This document shows positions 29,348-39,209 of a stretch of DNA of 64,000 bases, piece after piece. A program made the position numbers and the translations under genes. The notes under the pieces are model-generated. The model did no database searches, was not told the origin of the DNA, and was given only the letters and a program-made list of their open reading frames with translations. Numbering within the stretch: position 1 is the first letter of the stretch; each line of letters begins with the position of its first letter. The stretch comes from Spirochaetia bacterium (GTDB taxonomy: Bacteria; Spirochaetota; Spirochaetia; SZUA-6; Bin103): positions 416,001 through 480,000 of the forward strand of contig CBDBOV010000004.1 of assembly GCA_965208575.1 (NCBI GenBank), read 5' to 3'.

Positions 29348-29460
29348 GGCAGCACGTGCAACCTGGCCGGGTGGGAAGCGTCCGCCGGGACGGACACCGT
29401 GTCGACGTCGAGCAGTACCGTCCCGGGCGTGTGGGGAGACTCTCGGCCGCTGATACGCAT
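29344..29460 (-). pseudogene. 38-aa mini-ORF, possible collapsed remnant of the metal ABC ATPase
   Basis: MRISGRESPHTPGTVLLDVDTVSVPADASHPARLHVLP; its stop overlaps the permease GTG (GTGA). Confidence 0.4.
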
Positions 29461-29549
29461 GGCTTCCGGAAGCCTACCCCATTTGCGAGCACGACGAAAA
29501 CGGTTCCTCGTTGTCACCTGTTGTCACCGGCTCAACGCGGCCGCCGATT

Positions 29550-29942
29550 TCAGGGGGAGGAGAGCGCGCGGGCGGCAGCCATCCCGGCCGCGGTTGCCAA
29601 CAGGCAACCGCCCACGTTCAGGCCGACACTGGCGAGCAGTGCCGACCAGCGGCCGGCCTGCCAAAGCTGGACCGACTCATGGCTGAACGCGGAGAAGGTC
29701 GTGAAGGCTCCGAGGAATCCGGCCACCGCCAGCAGCCGGATGGCGCCGCCCGAAAGGATCCGTCCGGCGAGCGCGCCGGCCAGGAACCCGATCGCCAGCG
29801 AACCGATCACGTTCACCGCCAGCGTACCGGCGGGAAACCGCTCCGCGCGGGCGCCGATCCAGCCGGACAGCAGAAACCGCCCGAGCGCCCCGAAGAAGCC
29901 GCCGATTCCGACCAGCACCGCGTCGCGCAGCAGGTCGCTCAT
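29550..29942 (-). CDS. crcB: Fluoride efflux channel Fluc/CrcB
   Basis: GGFFGALGRF, GTLAVNVIGS, GFLGAFTTFS. Confidence 0.95.
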   Translation of the reverse strand: MSDLLRDAVLVGIGGFFGALGRFLLSGWIGARAERFPAGTLAVNVIGSLAIGFLAGALAGRILSGGAIRLLAVAGFLGAFTTFSAFSHESVQLWQAGRWSALLASVGLNVGGCLLATAAGMAAARALSSP

Positions 29943-29989
29943 CCGCCCTTCCTGTCTCGCCGCAGGCAGCTGGTCATCATGGGACCTGT

Positions 29990-30799
29990 TCAATCCGGCG
30001 AGTTCAACCCGGTGAGCGCCGCGCTGACGCGCCACAGGTCGGCGGCCAGCCGGGTGTCGCCGGTGGCGGGGGCGGGACCTGTCTGCCGCCGGTCGACAAA
30101 ATAGCAGCCGGTGACGCCTGCCACGTCCGGAGCCAACGCAAGGTGGACCGGGGTGCGGGCGCCCTCCGCAACCGGAGCTCCGCCGCCGAAGTTCACGTGC
30201 AGCAGCTTGGTGTCGATGACGCCCGGATGGAGGAAGTTGGCGGTGACCTCGGCGGCATCCAGACGGCGGGCCAATTCGCAGGTGAACAGTGCGTTCGCCA
30301 ACTTCGAGTTGGAGTACGCCTGCCAGCCGTCAAAGCCACGTTCCATCTGCAGGTCGTCGAAGTCGATGCGCCCGCCGGTGTGCACCCCGGAGCTGACGTT
30401 GACGATGCGCGCCGGCGCGCTTTCGCGCAGCCGGTCGAGCAGCAGGTTGGTCAGCAGGAACGGGGCGAGGTGGTTGACGGCGAACGTGCTCTCGAAGCCG
30501 TCCGTGGTGGTGCGGCGCCGCCGTACGGCGATGCCGGCGTTGTTGATCAGCACGTCGAGCCGTGCGCTGGTGCGCAGGATCTGCTGTGCCATCGCTTGCA
30601 CTTCCGCCAGCGACCCGAAGTCGCCGGCAACGGCGGTCACGCTCCGGTTGCCGGAGGCGGCCGCGATCGCCCGCGCCGCCTCCCGCGCGCGTCGCTCGTT
30701 GCGCCCGTGCACGATCACCGCGCAACCGCGTTCGGCCAGCTCCCGCGCCGTGGCGCGCCCGATCCCGTCGCTGCTGCCGGTTACCAGAATGGTCTTCAC
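29990..30799 (-). CDS. SDR family oxidoreductase
   Basis: TGSSDGIG, NNAG, YSNSK. Confidence 0.95.
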   Translation of the reverse strand: MKTILVTGSSDGIGRATARELAERGCAVIVHGRNERRAREAARAIAAASGNRSVTAVAGDFGSLAEVQAMAQQILRTSARLDVLINNAGIAVRRRRTTTDGFESTFAVNHLAPFLLTNLLLDRLRESAPARIVNVSSGVHTGGRIDFDDLQMERGFDGWQAYSNSKLANALFTCELARRLDAAEVTANFLHPGVIDTKLLHVNFGGGAPVAEGARTPVHLALAPDVAGVTGCYFVDRRQTGPAPATGDTRLAADLWRVSAALTGLNSPD

Positions 30800-30877
30800 G
30801 ACAACCGATTATGCCACGCCGGCCCGGCCCCCGGCACCAGCATGCCCGCGGCCACGGCGTATTGCGGCAGATTCCCG

Positions 30878-32377
30878 TTATCCGGCATCGAGAATCCGGA
30901 CTTCGTTGACTTCGATGTTGAAGTAGCTGCCGAACTCCTCGTCGTAGGAGTGCACTTCCAGGTACAGCCACTCGCCGGAAAAGCGCTCGATCAGGGCGGA
31001 CTTGTACTCATTGCCGTTGATGTAGCCGGCCGAGGCGAGCTTTGTGCCGTGGATGCCGTCGTCGTATACGTAGAAATGGAACAGCCAGGTTCCCCGCACT
31101 TCCTCCTGGGTAGCCTTGATCAGGTACACCTTGCCGGAGTCCACGGGAAGCTTGTAGTAGCTGGTGCCCTCGGCCTGCACCTGTCCCCGATAAAGAGTCC
31201 CGGCAATCGGCAATGGATCCTGTTCCTCGCCCTCGTTCTCGAACGTCTCCTCGATCACGTGCAGGTCGTAGTTGGCGCCCGATCCGTTGGTGTGGCTGCC
31301 ATCCACCGAGAACAGGAAACGATCGCCCGCCGCGGTCACCGAGAGCGCCTCGTCCGCGCCGCGGAGATTGTCGGAGATGTCCTGCACCACGGCGAACGCG
31401 GAGCCTTCCTCGGCATCGCCATCGGAGTCGTCTCCGTGGTCCGCTTCGCCGCCGTGCGTGTACAGGTCGGCGTCCATGGTCGGCGCCAGCAGCTTGATGG
31501 TGTAGTGGCCGCCCGGAGTGGACGAGAAGAAGTAGAAGCTGCGGTCGCCGCCGACCTGGGCTGCCACTTCCTCGCCTACCGGTATCTCCATCGGCTCGCG
31601 TTCCGAGCCCTGGTCACGGAGCCGGTCGTGCCCGGCCACGGTCAACGTAAACGGGGTCCCCGACGTGGAGTGGCGCCCGCGCACCTCTACGTACAGCACG
31701 TCAGCGGGCGCAGTAACCGTCACGAAGTCTTCCTCGGTGTAGTTCTTGGTCGATCGTGCCAGTTCTTCCCGGTAGCGCGGATCGGAGAACACGAACAGAT
31801 CGGCGTCCACCTGCATGCCGGAGATTGCGACCCGATACGTGGCTTCCGCCGTCAGGCCGCCAATCTCGTACAGGCTCGATCTCGTTCCGACCTGCCCGGC
31901 GTAGGAGACCTCGCCGTCGAGGCGAATCGGGGACAGCGCCTGCATTTCGTCCAGGAATACCTTGCTGCGGGTCAGAAGAATCCGGAAGTCCGATGCCTTG
32001 TAGTCGTAATTGTGAACCATGATGTACGCGGTGTCGGCCTTGGGCGTGAAACGGATGCGCTCGTCGTTGTCTTCGGCATTGGTCGACCGGGCCAGTGCGT
32101 CGCGCAGAAAGGACGCGTCGGAGCCCTTGTAGTACAGGTCCAGGTCCACGGCAAGGCCGGTCAGATCGATGCCGTACTCGACGCCCGGTTCCACCTGCGC
32201 CGCGAAGTACTTTCGTTCGTGGTCGGCGTCCATCGCCCCGGCGTACTCCTGGTCCACGGCGAGCACTATGGGATCGGTCTTGTCGTAGCCTTGATTCTCT
32301 TGCGCCGAGGCGCAGATCGGCACAAGCGCAGCGACGACGGCGGCGGCGGCGGCAACGAAAATGGAGCGGTAGTTCAT
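30878..32377 (-). CDS. Secreted protein with tandem PPC-like beta-sandwich repeats
   Basis: Signal peptide from MNYRSIF; repeated DLDLY/DADLF/DADLY modules; no catalytic domain recognised. Confidence 0.7.
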   Translation of the reverse strand: MNYRSIFVAAAAAVVAALVPICASAQENQGYDKTDPIVLAVDQEYAGAMDADHERKYFAAQVEPGVEYGIDLTGLAVDLDLYYKGSDASFLRDALARSTNAEDNDERIRFTPKADTAYIMVHNYDYKASDFRILLTRSKVFLDEMQALSPIRLDGEVSYAGQVGTRSSLYEIGGLTAEATYRVAISGMQVDADLFVFSDPRYREELARSTKNYTEEDFVTVTAPADVLYVEVRGRHSTSGTPFTLTVAGHDRLRDQGSEREPMEIPVGEEVAAQVGGDRSFYFFSSTPGGHYTIKLLAPTMDADLYTHGGEADHGDDSDGDAEEGSAFAVVQDISDNLRGADEALSVTAAGDRFLFSVDGSHTNGSGANYDLHVIEETFENEGEEQDPLPIAGTLYRGQVQAEGTSYYKLPVDSGKVYLIKATQEEVRGTWLFHFYVYDDGIHGTKLASAGYINGNEYKSALIERFSGEWLYLEVHSYDEEFGSYFNIEVNEVRILDAG

Positions 32378-32559
32378 GAATCCTCCGGATTGTTCATCGG
32401 TGACACCGGACGCGCACCAGAGCACGTCGAGCGCGGCTCAGAATACGTCGATCCGATCCTCGTACAGGATGTGCAGGATGTGGCCGTCGGGGTCAAGTGG
32501 GGTCCCGGAGAGGCGGCCACTGGGCAGACGCTCCGGGTCGGTCTGCCTATGCTTGGCCC

Positions 32560-32800
32560 ATGAGCTTCGCTGACGATTCCATTGAGAGTTATCTGAAGAC
32601 GTTCGAGCGGCTGCGGGCGCGCAAGCGGTGGTCGGTGAACTCGGTGACGTTCCGGTTCGTGGCGCTGAGCCTCGGTGCGGCGGCATCGTCCATCAGCTTC
32701 GCCCGGCTGGAGGAGGTGGCCACCGAGTTGCGCAAGCGGGCGCGTTGGACCAGCCCGCTGAAATCGGAGGTGCGCTACGTGGCGGCGGCGATGATCCCGC
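32560..32800 (+). pseudogene. N-terminal gene fragment, DUF4003-like
   Basis: MSFADDSIESYLKTFERLR...SPLKSEVRYVAAAMI, then the frame runs into the antisense of the next gene. Confidence 0.45.
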
Positions 32801-32831
32801 AGCCGGCGCGTCGCCGCGGGCTGCTCGTCGC

Positions 32832-34106
32832 TCAACGCGCATCGCGCGCGCCGGCGCGCTCCAGCACCGCGTGCAGCAGGACGTTGGCCCCGGCGGTGCA
32901 GTCCTCGCGGTTGGCGTTCTCCCGCTCGCTGTGGCTGATCCCGCCCTCGCACGGAATGAAGATCATGGCGGTGGGTACCCGCGCCGCGAGGTGGCAGGCG
33001 TCGTGACCGGCGCCGGATACCATCTCCCGCCACGATAGCCCCACTGCCGCCGCGCCGCCGCGCACCGCGGCGATGCAGCCGGGATCGAAGCGCAGCGGCG
33101 GCTGGTGGGCGATTTCCCTCAACTCCAGACCGAGGTTGTGCGCGGCGCAGATCGAAGCCGCTTGCGTTTCCAGGGCGTCCTTCATCGCCGCCTGCCGCGC
33201 ATCGTCCCGGTGGCGCAGGTCGACGGTGAACTCGACCCGGCCGGGAACCGTGTTGCGCGAGTTGGGATGCACGGCCAGCGAGCCCACGGTCGCGCTCGCT
33301 CCCGGCAGGTGGGCATGGCCGATGCGATTTACCGCCGTCACAATGCGCGCCGCTCCGAGCAGCGCATCGCGGCGCTCCGCCATCGGCGTCGGGCCGGCAT
33401 GCGCATCGTGGCCGGTCACGACCAGGTCGAACCAGCGCAGCCCGTTGGCGCCGGTCACCACGCCGATTGTAGTCCGTTCCCGTTCCAGGACCGGTCCCTG
33501 CTCAATGTGCAGCTCGAACCAGGCGGCGAGTTCCGCTACCGAGACCCGGTCGTTGCCACGGTAGCCGATGCGCTCCAACTCCGCCCCGAAAGTGCGCCCC
33601 TCGGAATCGACCGTGGCCGCCATCCGGGCGGCCTCGAACCGGCCGGTGAATATTCCCGAGCCCATCATCGAGGGTGCGAAGCGGCAGCCCTCTTCGTTGG
33701 TCCAGGAGACCACCTCCAGGGGCAGCTCGGTGACCACCCCGTGGTCGTTGAGCGTGCGCACGACCTCCAGGGCGGCCAGCACCCCGAGCGCGCCGTCGAA
33801 GCGCCCGGCCGCGGGCTGGCTGTCCAGGTGGCTGCCGGCCGCCACCGCCGGCGCGCCGCCGCGCCGCCCGGCCCGGCGCGCGAAGATGTTGCCGGCGGCG
33901 TCGACTCTGACGCTGCAGCCGGCCTCGCGGCACCATGAAATGAACAGGTCGCGGGCGGCGCGGTCGCCGTCGGTCAGCGCCTGCCGGTTCACGCCGCCCG
34001 CCGGGGTGGCGCCGATCTCCCCCATCCGCGACAGGCATTCCCACAGCCGGTCGCCGTCTATCCGCAAGTCCCGCACGCGTACAATTGTGCCAACTCCGCG
34101 CGCCAT
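32832..34106 (-). CDS. M20 Zn-dependent hydrolase (N-carbamoyl-L-amino acid/allantoate amidohydrolase family)
   Basis: GSHLDS, GRFDG, NEEG, ELHIEQG, HAG, GAGHDA, GGISH. Confidence 0.93.
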   Translation of the reverse strand: MARGVGTIVRVRDLRIDGDRLWECLSRMGEIGATPAGGVNRQALTDGDRAARDLFISWCREAGCSVRVDAAGNIFARRAGRRGGAPAVAAGSHLDSQPAAGRFDGALGVLAALEVVRTLNDHGVVTELPLEVVSWTNEEGCRFAPSMMGSGIFTGRFEAARMAATVDSEGRTFGAELERIGYRGNDRVSVAELAAWFELHIEQGPVLERERTTIGVVTGANGLRWFDLVVTGHDAHAGPTPMAERRDALLGAARIVTAVNRIGHAHLPGASATVGSLAVHPNSRNTVPGRVEFTVDLRHRDDARQAAMKDALETQAASICAAHNLGLELREIAHQPPLRFDPGCIAAVRGGAAAVGLSWREMVSGAGHDACHLAARVPTAMIFIPCEGGISHSERENANREDCTAGANVLLHAVLERAGARDAR

Positions 34107-35365
34107 CAGCTACCGGAATCGGGGGCCGTGGGGGCCGTGCGAGTCTCCGCGGCGTCCGGGCGGCCGCCAGGTACTCGTGCCGCTTGCCCTTCCGCCGACT
34201 CGACCGCGCGGGAAGCCAGCAGGCGTCCGCCGAGGGTGGAGGGCGAGATCACCTGGTCGACGCCCAGCTTGCGCACCTTCTCGACATTCTCCTCATCCTC
34301 GATGCGGACCAGGATCGCGAACCGCGCGCTCGGCGTGTCGTCGCGCAGATCCTTGGCGTTGACCGCGGCCAGGGTATTCATCGAGTCCGAGTCGTAGCTG
34401 GCGATCACCGCCTGGGCGGTGACCACGTTGGCGTCGAGCAGGGTGTCGCGCAGCGTCGGGTCGCCCTCCAATACGTCATGTCCCTTGGTACGCAGGAGTT
34501 GCGCCACCCGCTCGCGGTCGTCGACGATCACCACCGCCACGTTGCGGTCGCGCAGCTCGTCGACGACGCTGGCCGCCACGCCGCTGTAGCCGCACACAAC
34601 GACGTGGTTGCTGAGCCGTTGGAATCGTTTCATCAGGCTCATCACCCCCTTCATTCGTCCTTCGACAATCGGACCAAGTGTCACCGACAACGCCGTGATG
34701 AACAGCGTAACCCCGATCAAAAACAGCGACACCACGAACCAGCGCGCATCACTGCCGACCGGGTACATCTCGGCGACATCGTAGTCGTAGCCGAGCGTGC
34801 TGTAGGCTATCAATGCGAAGTATGAGGCGTCCGTCCAGCCGTCGATGCCGTGAAACTGATCGCGCAACAGGTAGGATCCGACGATCCCGTACGCCACGGC
34901 CAGGGCCACCGCGATCCCCGCGACCGCCTGCCCATAGCTGATCCGTCGTGCCGGGCGCACCGAGAAGGTGCGGTGGAACGCCAGCAGCGCGACGATCATC
35001 AGCACGGTGGCTACCAGCGCGACCATGCCCTGGCCGCCGATCCAGTGCTGCGCGTTGGTGATCACCACCACCGCCAGCAGGACCAGCGAGGCTATCCAGG
35101 CGCGGCGGCGACGTTCCAACAGGCCCTTGGCGAGCAGCACGAGCAGGATGCCGACCAGGATTCGCGCCAGGCCGGACACCTCGTCGCCGCTGTCGTTCTG
35201 GATCAGCACCACGTCGGGCGCCACCAGCCGTGCCACGCCCAGCGTCAACTGCAGGAGGCCGTGGATCGCGATCACCAGCGCGAACCACGCGGAGGCGTGC
35301 GCCAGCCGCAAGCGCCGGCGCCCAGGGATGTCGTCGGTTCGGTTCACTGACTCGCGGCCGGTCAC
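34106..35365 (-). CDS. Potassium-channel-like protein (TM domain, pore, RCK/TrkA-N)
   Basis: Pore helix DASYF..STLGY; HVVVCGY; GDPT..L; GVDQVISP. Confidence 0.85.
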   Translation of the reverse strand: MTGRESVNRTDDIPGRRRLRLAHASAWFALVIAIHGLLQLTLGVARLVAPDVVLIQNDSGDEVSGLARILVGILLVLLAKGLLERRRRAWIASLVLLAVVVITNAQHWIGGQGMVALVATVLMIVALLAFHRTFSVRPARRISYGQAVAGIAVALAVAYGIVGSYLLRDQFHGIDGWTDASYFALIAYSTLGYDYDVAEMYPVGSDARWFVVSLFLIGVTLFITALSVTLGPIVEGRMKGVMSLMKRFQRLSNHVVVCGYSGVAASVVDELRDRNVAVVIVDDRERVAQLLRTKGHDVLEGDPTLRDTLLDANVVTAQAVIASYDSDSMNTLAAVNAKDLRDDTPSARFAILVRIEDEENVEKVRKLGVDQVISPSTLGGRLLASRAVESAEGQAARVPGGRPDAAETRTAPTAPDSGS

Positions 35366-35485
35366 GACGATTCCTCGGCAACCAGCCGCCGGACGCCCGG
35401 CGGACCCGCCACGCGGGTGCCATGGACGTGGGACCGGATGACGCAGATCATCACGGACAAGGTATGCCGGTAGCGGCGTCGCCCG

Positions 35486-36502
35486 CTACCCCGCATGACT
35501 CGCCGTACGAGGAACATGCAGCCATCGACCGACGGCCCAGGAACGCCGACCCGGTGCTTGCTGCCGCGTGGCGCCGGCACCGAGCACGACGTGCGCCGCC
35601 ACGGCGGCCTGCTCGCCGATCGCGGCCAGCACGCGAGCGGCGATGCGGGCGTCGCGGCACACCAGGAAGCAGGCGCCGCCGCCGCCGGCACCGCTGAGCT
35701 TGCCGCCCGAGGCACCGGCGGCGCGGCCCGCGTGCAGCAGCCGCTCTTGCGTGCGGTCGCCCAGGCCGAGCTCGGCGAGCATCCACTGCGCCCGGTCCGC
35801 CACCGCGCCCAGGTCGTTCGCGGACGGCCCTGGTTCAAGCAGAAGCGCCCGCGCCTCGGTGCTGCACCGCCCGAGACGGCGCAGCGTGTCCCGGGTCGCG
35901 GTGTCGCCGGCGCGCATTCGTTGCGCCACCGCCGCGATGTGCGCCCGCGTATCGCCACGCCGCGGCACGGCGGCTACCACCAGGTGCAATTCGGCGGCCG
36001 GCAGCGGATGGTAACGCGGCAGCGCACCGCTGCTTTCCCAGGTCAGGTACCCTGCTCCGGCTAGCGCCGCGAGCCCGGTGTCCGCGCCGGACGGCGTGCC
36101 GTGGAACACCCGCTCCCGCTCGTGGGCGCCGCGCCACGCCGCCGCGGCGGAGCGATGCGGCGCTACGGCGCCGGCAAGCGCACGTTCGGCGGCGACGCAC
36201 AGCGCGGCACTGGATCCGAACCCGAGCGCACTCGGAATCTGCGACCGAATTTCGACGACGGCGTGCATGCCGGGCGTGCCGAGTATCGCCCTGAGCTGCT
36301 CCGGAAGCGGCGGAGGCGTGGCGCTGTCGTGGCGCGAGTCGGCCCGGCCGGTCTCCGCCACGGGGCTGATCTTCAGCTCCAGCCGCCACGGCAGGCTGAT
36401 GCCCAGGGCCGGATGGCCGTACACGGCGGCGTGCTCGCCGAACAGCAGCAACTTGCCGGTGGCGTGCCCGGTCCGCTCAGCTACGCTCGGGTGCGCCGGC
36501 AC
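35486..36502 (-). CDS. mvk: Mevalonate kinase
   Basis: GKLLLFGEHAAVYG, GFGSSAA, HGTPSGAD, GGKLSGAGGGG; GTG start after AAGGAG. Confidence 0.9.
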   Translation of the reverse strand: MPAHPSVAERTGHATGKLLLFGEHAAVYGHPALGISLPWRLELKISPVAETGRADSRHDSATPPPLPEQLRAILGTPGMHAVVEIRSQIPSALGFGSSAALCVAAERALAGAVAPHRSAAAAWRGAHERERVFHGTPSGADTGLAALAGAGYLTWESSGALPRYHPLPAAELHLVVAAVPRRGDTRAHIAAVAQRMRAGDTATRDTLRRLGRCSTEARALLLEPGPSANDLGAVADRAQWMLAELGLGDRTQERLLHAGRAAGASGGKLSGAGGGGACFLVCRDARIAARVLAAIGEQAAVAAHVVLGAGATRQQAPGRRSWAVGRWLHVPRTASHAG

Positions 36503-37652
36503 GGCCACTCCTTGACACCGGAGAGGATGAACGCGGCGCGCCGGCGCCGCCCGCCGGCGGCCTGTTTCGGACCAGCCAGCGCAATCCGTCCGCTGCCGGA
36601 CGCAGCCTGGGCGAGGCCGGCGCGTCCGGCGGGTCCGGCGGCCCGGTGCCGGCCGGCGATGCGGCGATGCCCAACTCGCCGCCGGCCCCGACCGGCTTGG
36701 CCACCCAACCGCGGGCGCGAAATCGGTCCAGGCGGGCGCGCAGGTCGGGAGGTTCCACCGCGACGCCGATCCGTGCCCCAAGCCAGCGAGTCAGCTTGCC
36801 TCCGGCCTCGATCGCGGCGCAGCAGGCGGCGGCGTCGCGCGCTGCGAGAAAGTGCTCCACCAGCGCGCGCGATCGCTCGCGAAACCGGTCCGCGGCCTCC
36901 GGCTCACGCTGCCGCCACTGCTCGTAGCGCGCTACCGCGGCGGCAGTCGCCAGCGGCATGGTCCCTTGCACCAGGCGGAGTGCCGGCAACTCCGGCGGCC
37001 GGAGGGAAGCAACGGACGGCGTGCTGCCGCCGCGGAAGGTCACCACCCCGCCCCACACCGAGGTGGCCACGTCGTAGCCGCTGCCGCGCCCACCCTGAAC
37101 CGCCCGGTGGGCGGCCAGTGCCGCGGCGAACACGCGCCGCCGCACCGACTCCCGAACGGCATCGGCGCCCGCGGACAGATCGCCATGCGGCACTTGCCGG
37201 CCTGCCTCAAAACGATCGCACGCGACTGCAGCCGTGTCCGGCGCCGCGCCTGCGCAATCCGCCTCGCCCACCCGCTCGTCCTCGCGCTCGCCCGCCCGCG
37301 GCGGCGCCACCAGGAGCGCGGCGACGGCCACCGCCACGGCGGCGCTTGACCCCAGCCCCAACTTGCCATGCGGCCCGGCGAACTCGGTAGAGTCCACGGT
37401 TATCGTTCCGGCGGGCGGCCCGTACTCGGCCACCAGGGCCGCGAATATCGGCGCGTCGCAACGCTTCGGCGTCCAGCCGAATGTCCGTGCTCCCATGCGG
37501 CCTGAGATGCACGGCGCACCGCCGGGCTCGAGCGTGGCGTGCACCTCGGGTTGGATCGCCATCGCTACTCCGGGAGCGTCCGGCTCGGTAACGGCGTACT
37601 CGCCGAGCAGCAGTACGCTGCCCGGCACCGCCACGGTGCACTTCTCAACCAA
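36477..37652 (-). CDS. Phosphomevalonate kinase-like GHMP kinase
   Basis: PGSVLLLGEYAV, KLGLGSSAA, GSGYDVA, KPVGAGGE; lies between mvaD and mvk. Confidence 0.85.
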   Translation of the reverse strand: MVEKCTVAVPGSVLLLGEYAVTEPDAPGVAMAIQPEVHATLEPGGAPCISGRMGARTFGWTPKRCDAPIFAALVAEYGPPAGTITVDSTEFAGPHGKLGLGSSAAVAVAVAALLVAPPRAGEREDERVGEADCAGAAPDTAAVACDRFEAGRQVPHGDLSAGADAVRESVRRRVFAAALAAHRAVQGGRGSGYDVATSVWGGVVTFRGGSTPSVASLRPPELPALRLVQGTMPLATAAAVARYEQWRQREPEAADRFRERSRALVEHFLAARDAAACCAAIEAGGKLTRWLGARIGVAVEPPDLRARLDRFRARGWVAKPVGAGGELGIAASPAGTGPPDPPDAPASPRLRPAADGLRWLVRNRPPAGGAGAPRSSSPVSRSGRAGAPERS

Positions 37653-38658
37653 CGATGCGGGGGCCCGGGCCGGGGGCCGTCTCGATCAGGTCGGCGGGAG
37701 CTAGTCCTGTTTTGGCGATCAGCGCGCCGCGGATGCGCTCCACGTCGGCTGCGAGACAGGCGATCTTGACCTGCGGGCCGGCGTCCATGGTCTCCCAGGC
37801 GTCGATGCCGGCGTCGCGCAACTGCTCCAGCACCTCCAGGACCCGCAACGACCGTGCACGCAGGTAGTTGATCGGCGGGTCCGCGGCCAGCATGGTGCCG
37901 AACATGCGCAGGTAGCTGACCCGCATGAGCGGGCCGAGCTGGCCCAGGTTGCGGCTGCGCACCGCCTCCAGCGCCGCCCGGTAAGTCCCGTCCGCGGCGG
38001 CCACCCAGGCGTCGTAGTAAGGCGAGGTCGCCGCCACGAGGTTCATTGCCTCGCGCGACGGGACCGGCTTGCGGCACCGCGAGGTGACGGCCACCAGCAG
38101 GCGCAGGTCGGGCCAGTGGTCGGGCGGGAATGCGCTCGCGCCGGCCTCGGCACCCGCTTCCAGGACGCTGAACCCGCCCCACACCGCGCGCGCCGCCGAC
38201 GCGGATCCGACGCGCGCCAGCGCCGACGCCCGGGATCGCCAGCTGCCCGAGTCGTGCAACCCGGCCATCCGTCCGCATCCCACCGCCAGTGCTGCGAACA
38301 GAGAAGCAGAACTCGCGAGTCCGGCGCCGCCGGGGAAATTGTTGCACGCCTCCGCCCGGTAGCCGGTGGTCGACCCCAAAGCGGAGCGCGCCGCATCGAA
38401 GAACGGACTATGCCGCTCGGCTGGCACCGCCACGCCGTCGACGGTAAGGTGGTCGTCGCCGGCGGCCTCGCACATTCGGACTTCCGTCTCAAGCCCCGTG
38501 ACGGTGACCGCCACGCTGGACGTGGCCGGCAGGTTGCGCCGGCGGTCGCTCTTGCCCCAGTACTTGACCAGCGCCAGCGACGGCGCCGCCCGCACCACGA
38601 CTTTCCCCGTGTCACCCACCGCTACGAGCAGCCGCCAAGCGCGGGTCTCCCACTGCAT
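37645..38658 (-). CDS. mvaD: Diphosphomevalonate decarboxylase
   Basis: SLALVKYWGK, GLASSAS, GSASAAR, TMDAGPQVK; start codon uncertain. Confidence 0.92.
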   Translation of the reverse strand: MQWETRAWRLLVAVGDTGKVVVRAAPSLALVKYWGKSDRRRNLPATSSVAVTVTGLETEVRMCEAAGDDHLTVDGVAVPAERHSPFFDAARSALGSTTGYRAEACNNFPGGAGLASSASLFAALAVGCGRMAGLHDSGSWRSRASALARVGSASAARAVWGGFSVLEAGAEAGASAFPPDHWPDLRLLVAVTSRCRKPVPSREAMNLVAATSPYYDAWVAAADGTYRAALEAVRSRNLGQLGPLMRVSYLRMFGTMLAADPPINYLRARSLRVLEVLEQLRDAGIDAWETMDAGPQVKIACLAADVERIRGALIAKTGLAPADLIETAPGPGPRIVG

Positions 38659-38739
38659 CCAACATCGGCCACGTCATTCTGCCACCCCTGAATCGAGCGA
38701 TTCAATTCGGGCTCGTACCTTGCGGACGGTAGTTGTAGT

Positions 38740-38940
38740 ATCAACGGGGTCGCCGATGGCTTGGTGAGCTTCAATTTGCGACACTTTGGGGGGCCCGCAA
38801 AGAGATTCGGGATTCCGGTGCTCTGGTCCGAAACAGCCGGCTGGTGGGCGATGCTCGGGCATCGGTTTTCATCGTCTTCCCTGTCACGGAGTGAACGTTC
38901 AGACTCACCCCAGCAGGCGCTGAGGAGGATATCCGCGTGA
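38740..38940 (+). pseudogene. C-terminal remnant of a PIN-family toxin
   Basis: Own translation INGVADGLVSFNLRHFGGPAKRFGIPVL, then after ~80 unrelated bp SPQQALRRISA*; stop overlaps the antitoxin GTG. Confidence 0.65.
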
Positions 38941-39188
38941 AGAAGCAGATCAGTACATTTCCACTCAGGTTGCCTGCCTCATTGAAAGCCACCGTCGCCG
39001 CAATCAGTCGTGAGGAAGGTACGAGCATCAACCAGTGCGTGGCGATGGCGGTCGCCGAGAAAGTGTCGGCCATGAAGACGGCGGAGTTCTTCGCCGAGCG
39101 TCTCGAAGGTGCCGATATCGAAGCGGCGCGACGCCTGCTCCGACGTACCGGCGGATCACCTCCGCGACCCGAGGACCAGGCGCAGTAG
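38937..39188 (+). CDS. RHH/HicB-like antitoxin
   Basis: FPLRLPASLK...EGTSINQ..AMAVAEKVSA. Confidence 0.85.
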   Translation: MKKQISTFPLRLPASLKATVAAISREEGTSINQCVAMAVAEKVSAMKTAEFFAERLEGADIEAARRLLRRTGGSPPRPEDQAQ

Positions 39189-39209
39189 CACCTCCCTCTC
39201 GGCTCCATG

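Noticed and set aside
29943-29990. Fluoride riboswitch upstream of crcB
   Set aside because: The spacer is under 50 nt and lacks the GGxGATGG..TxCxCC core
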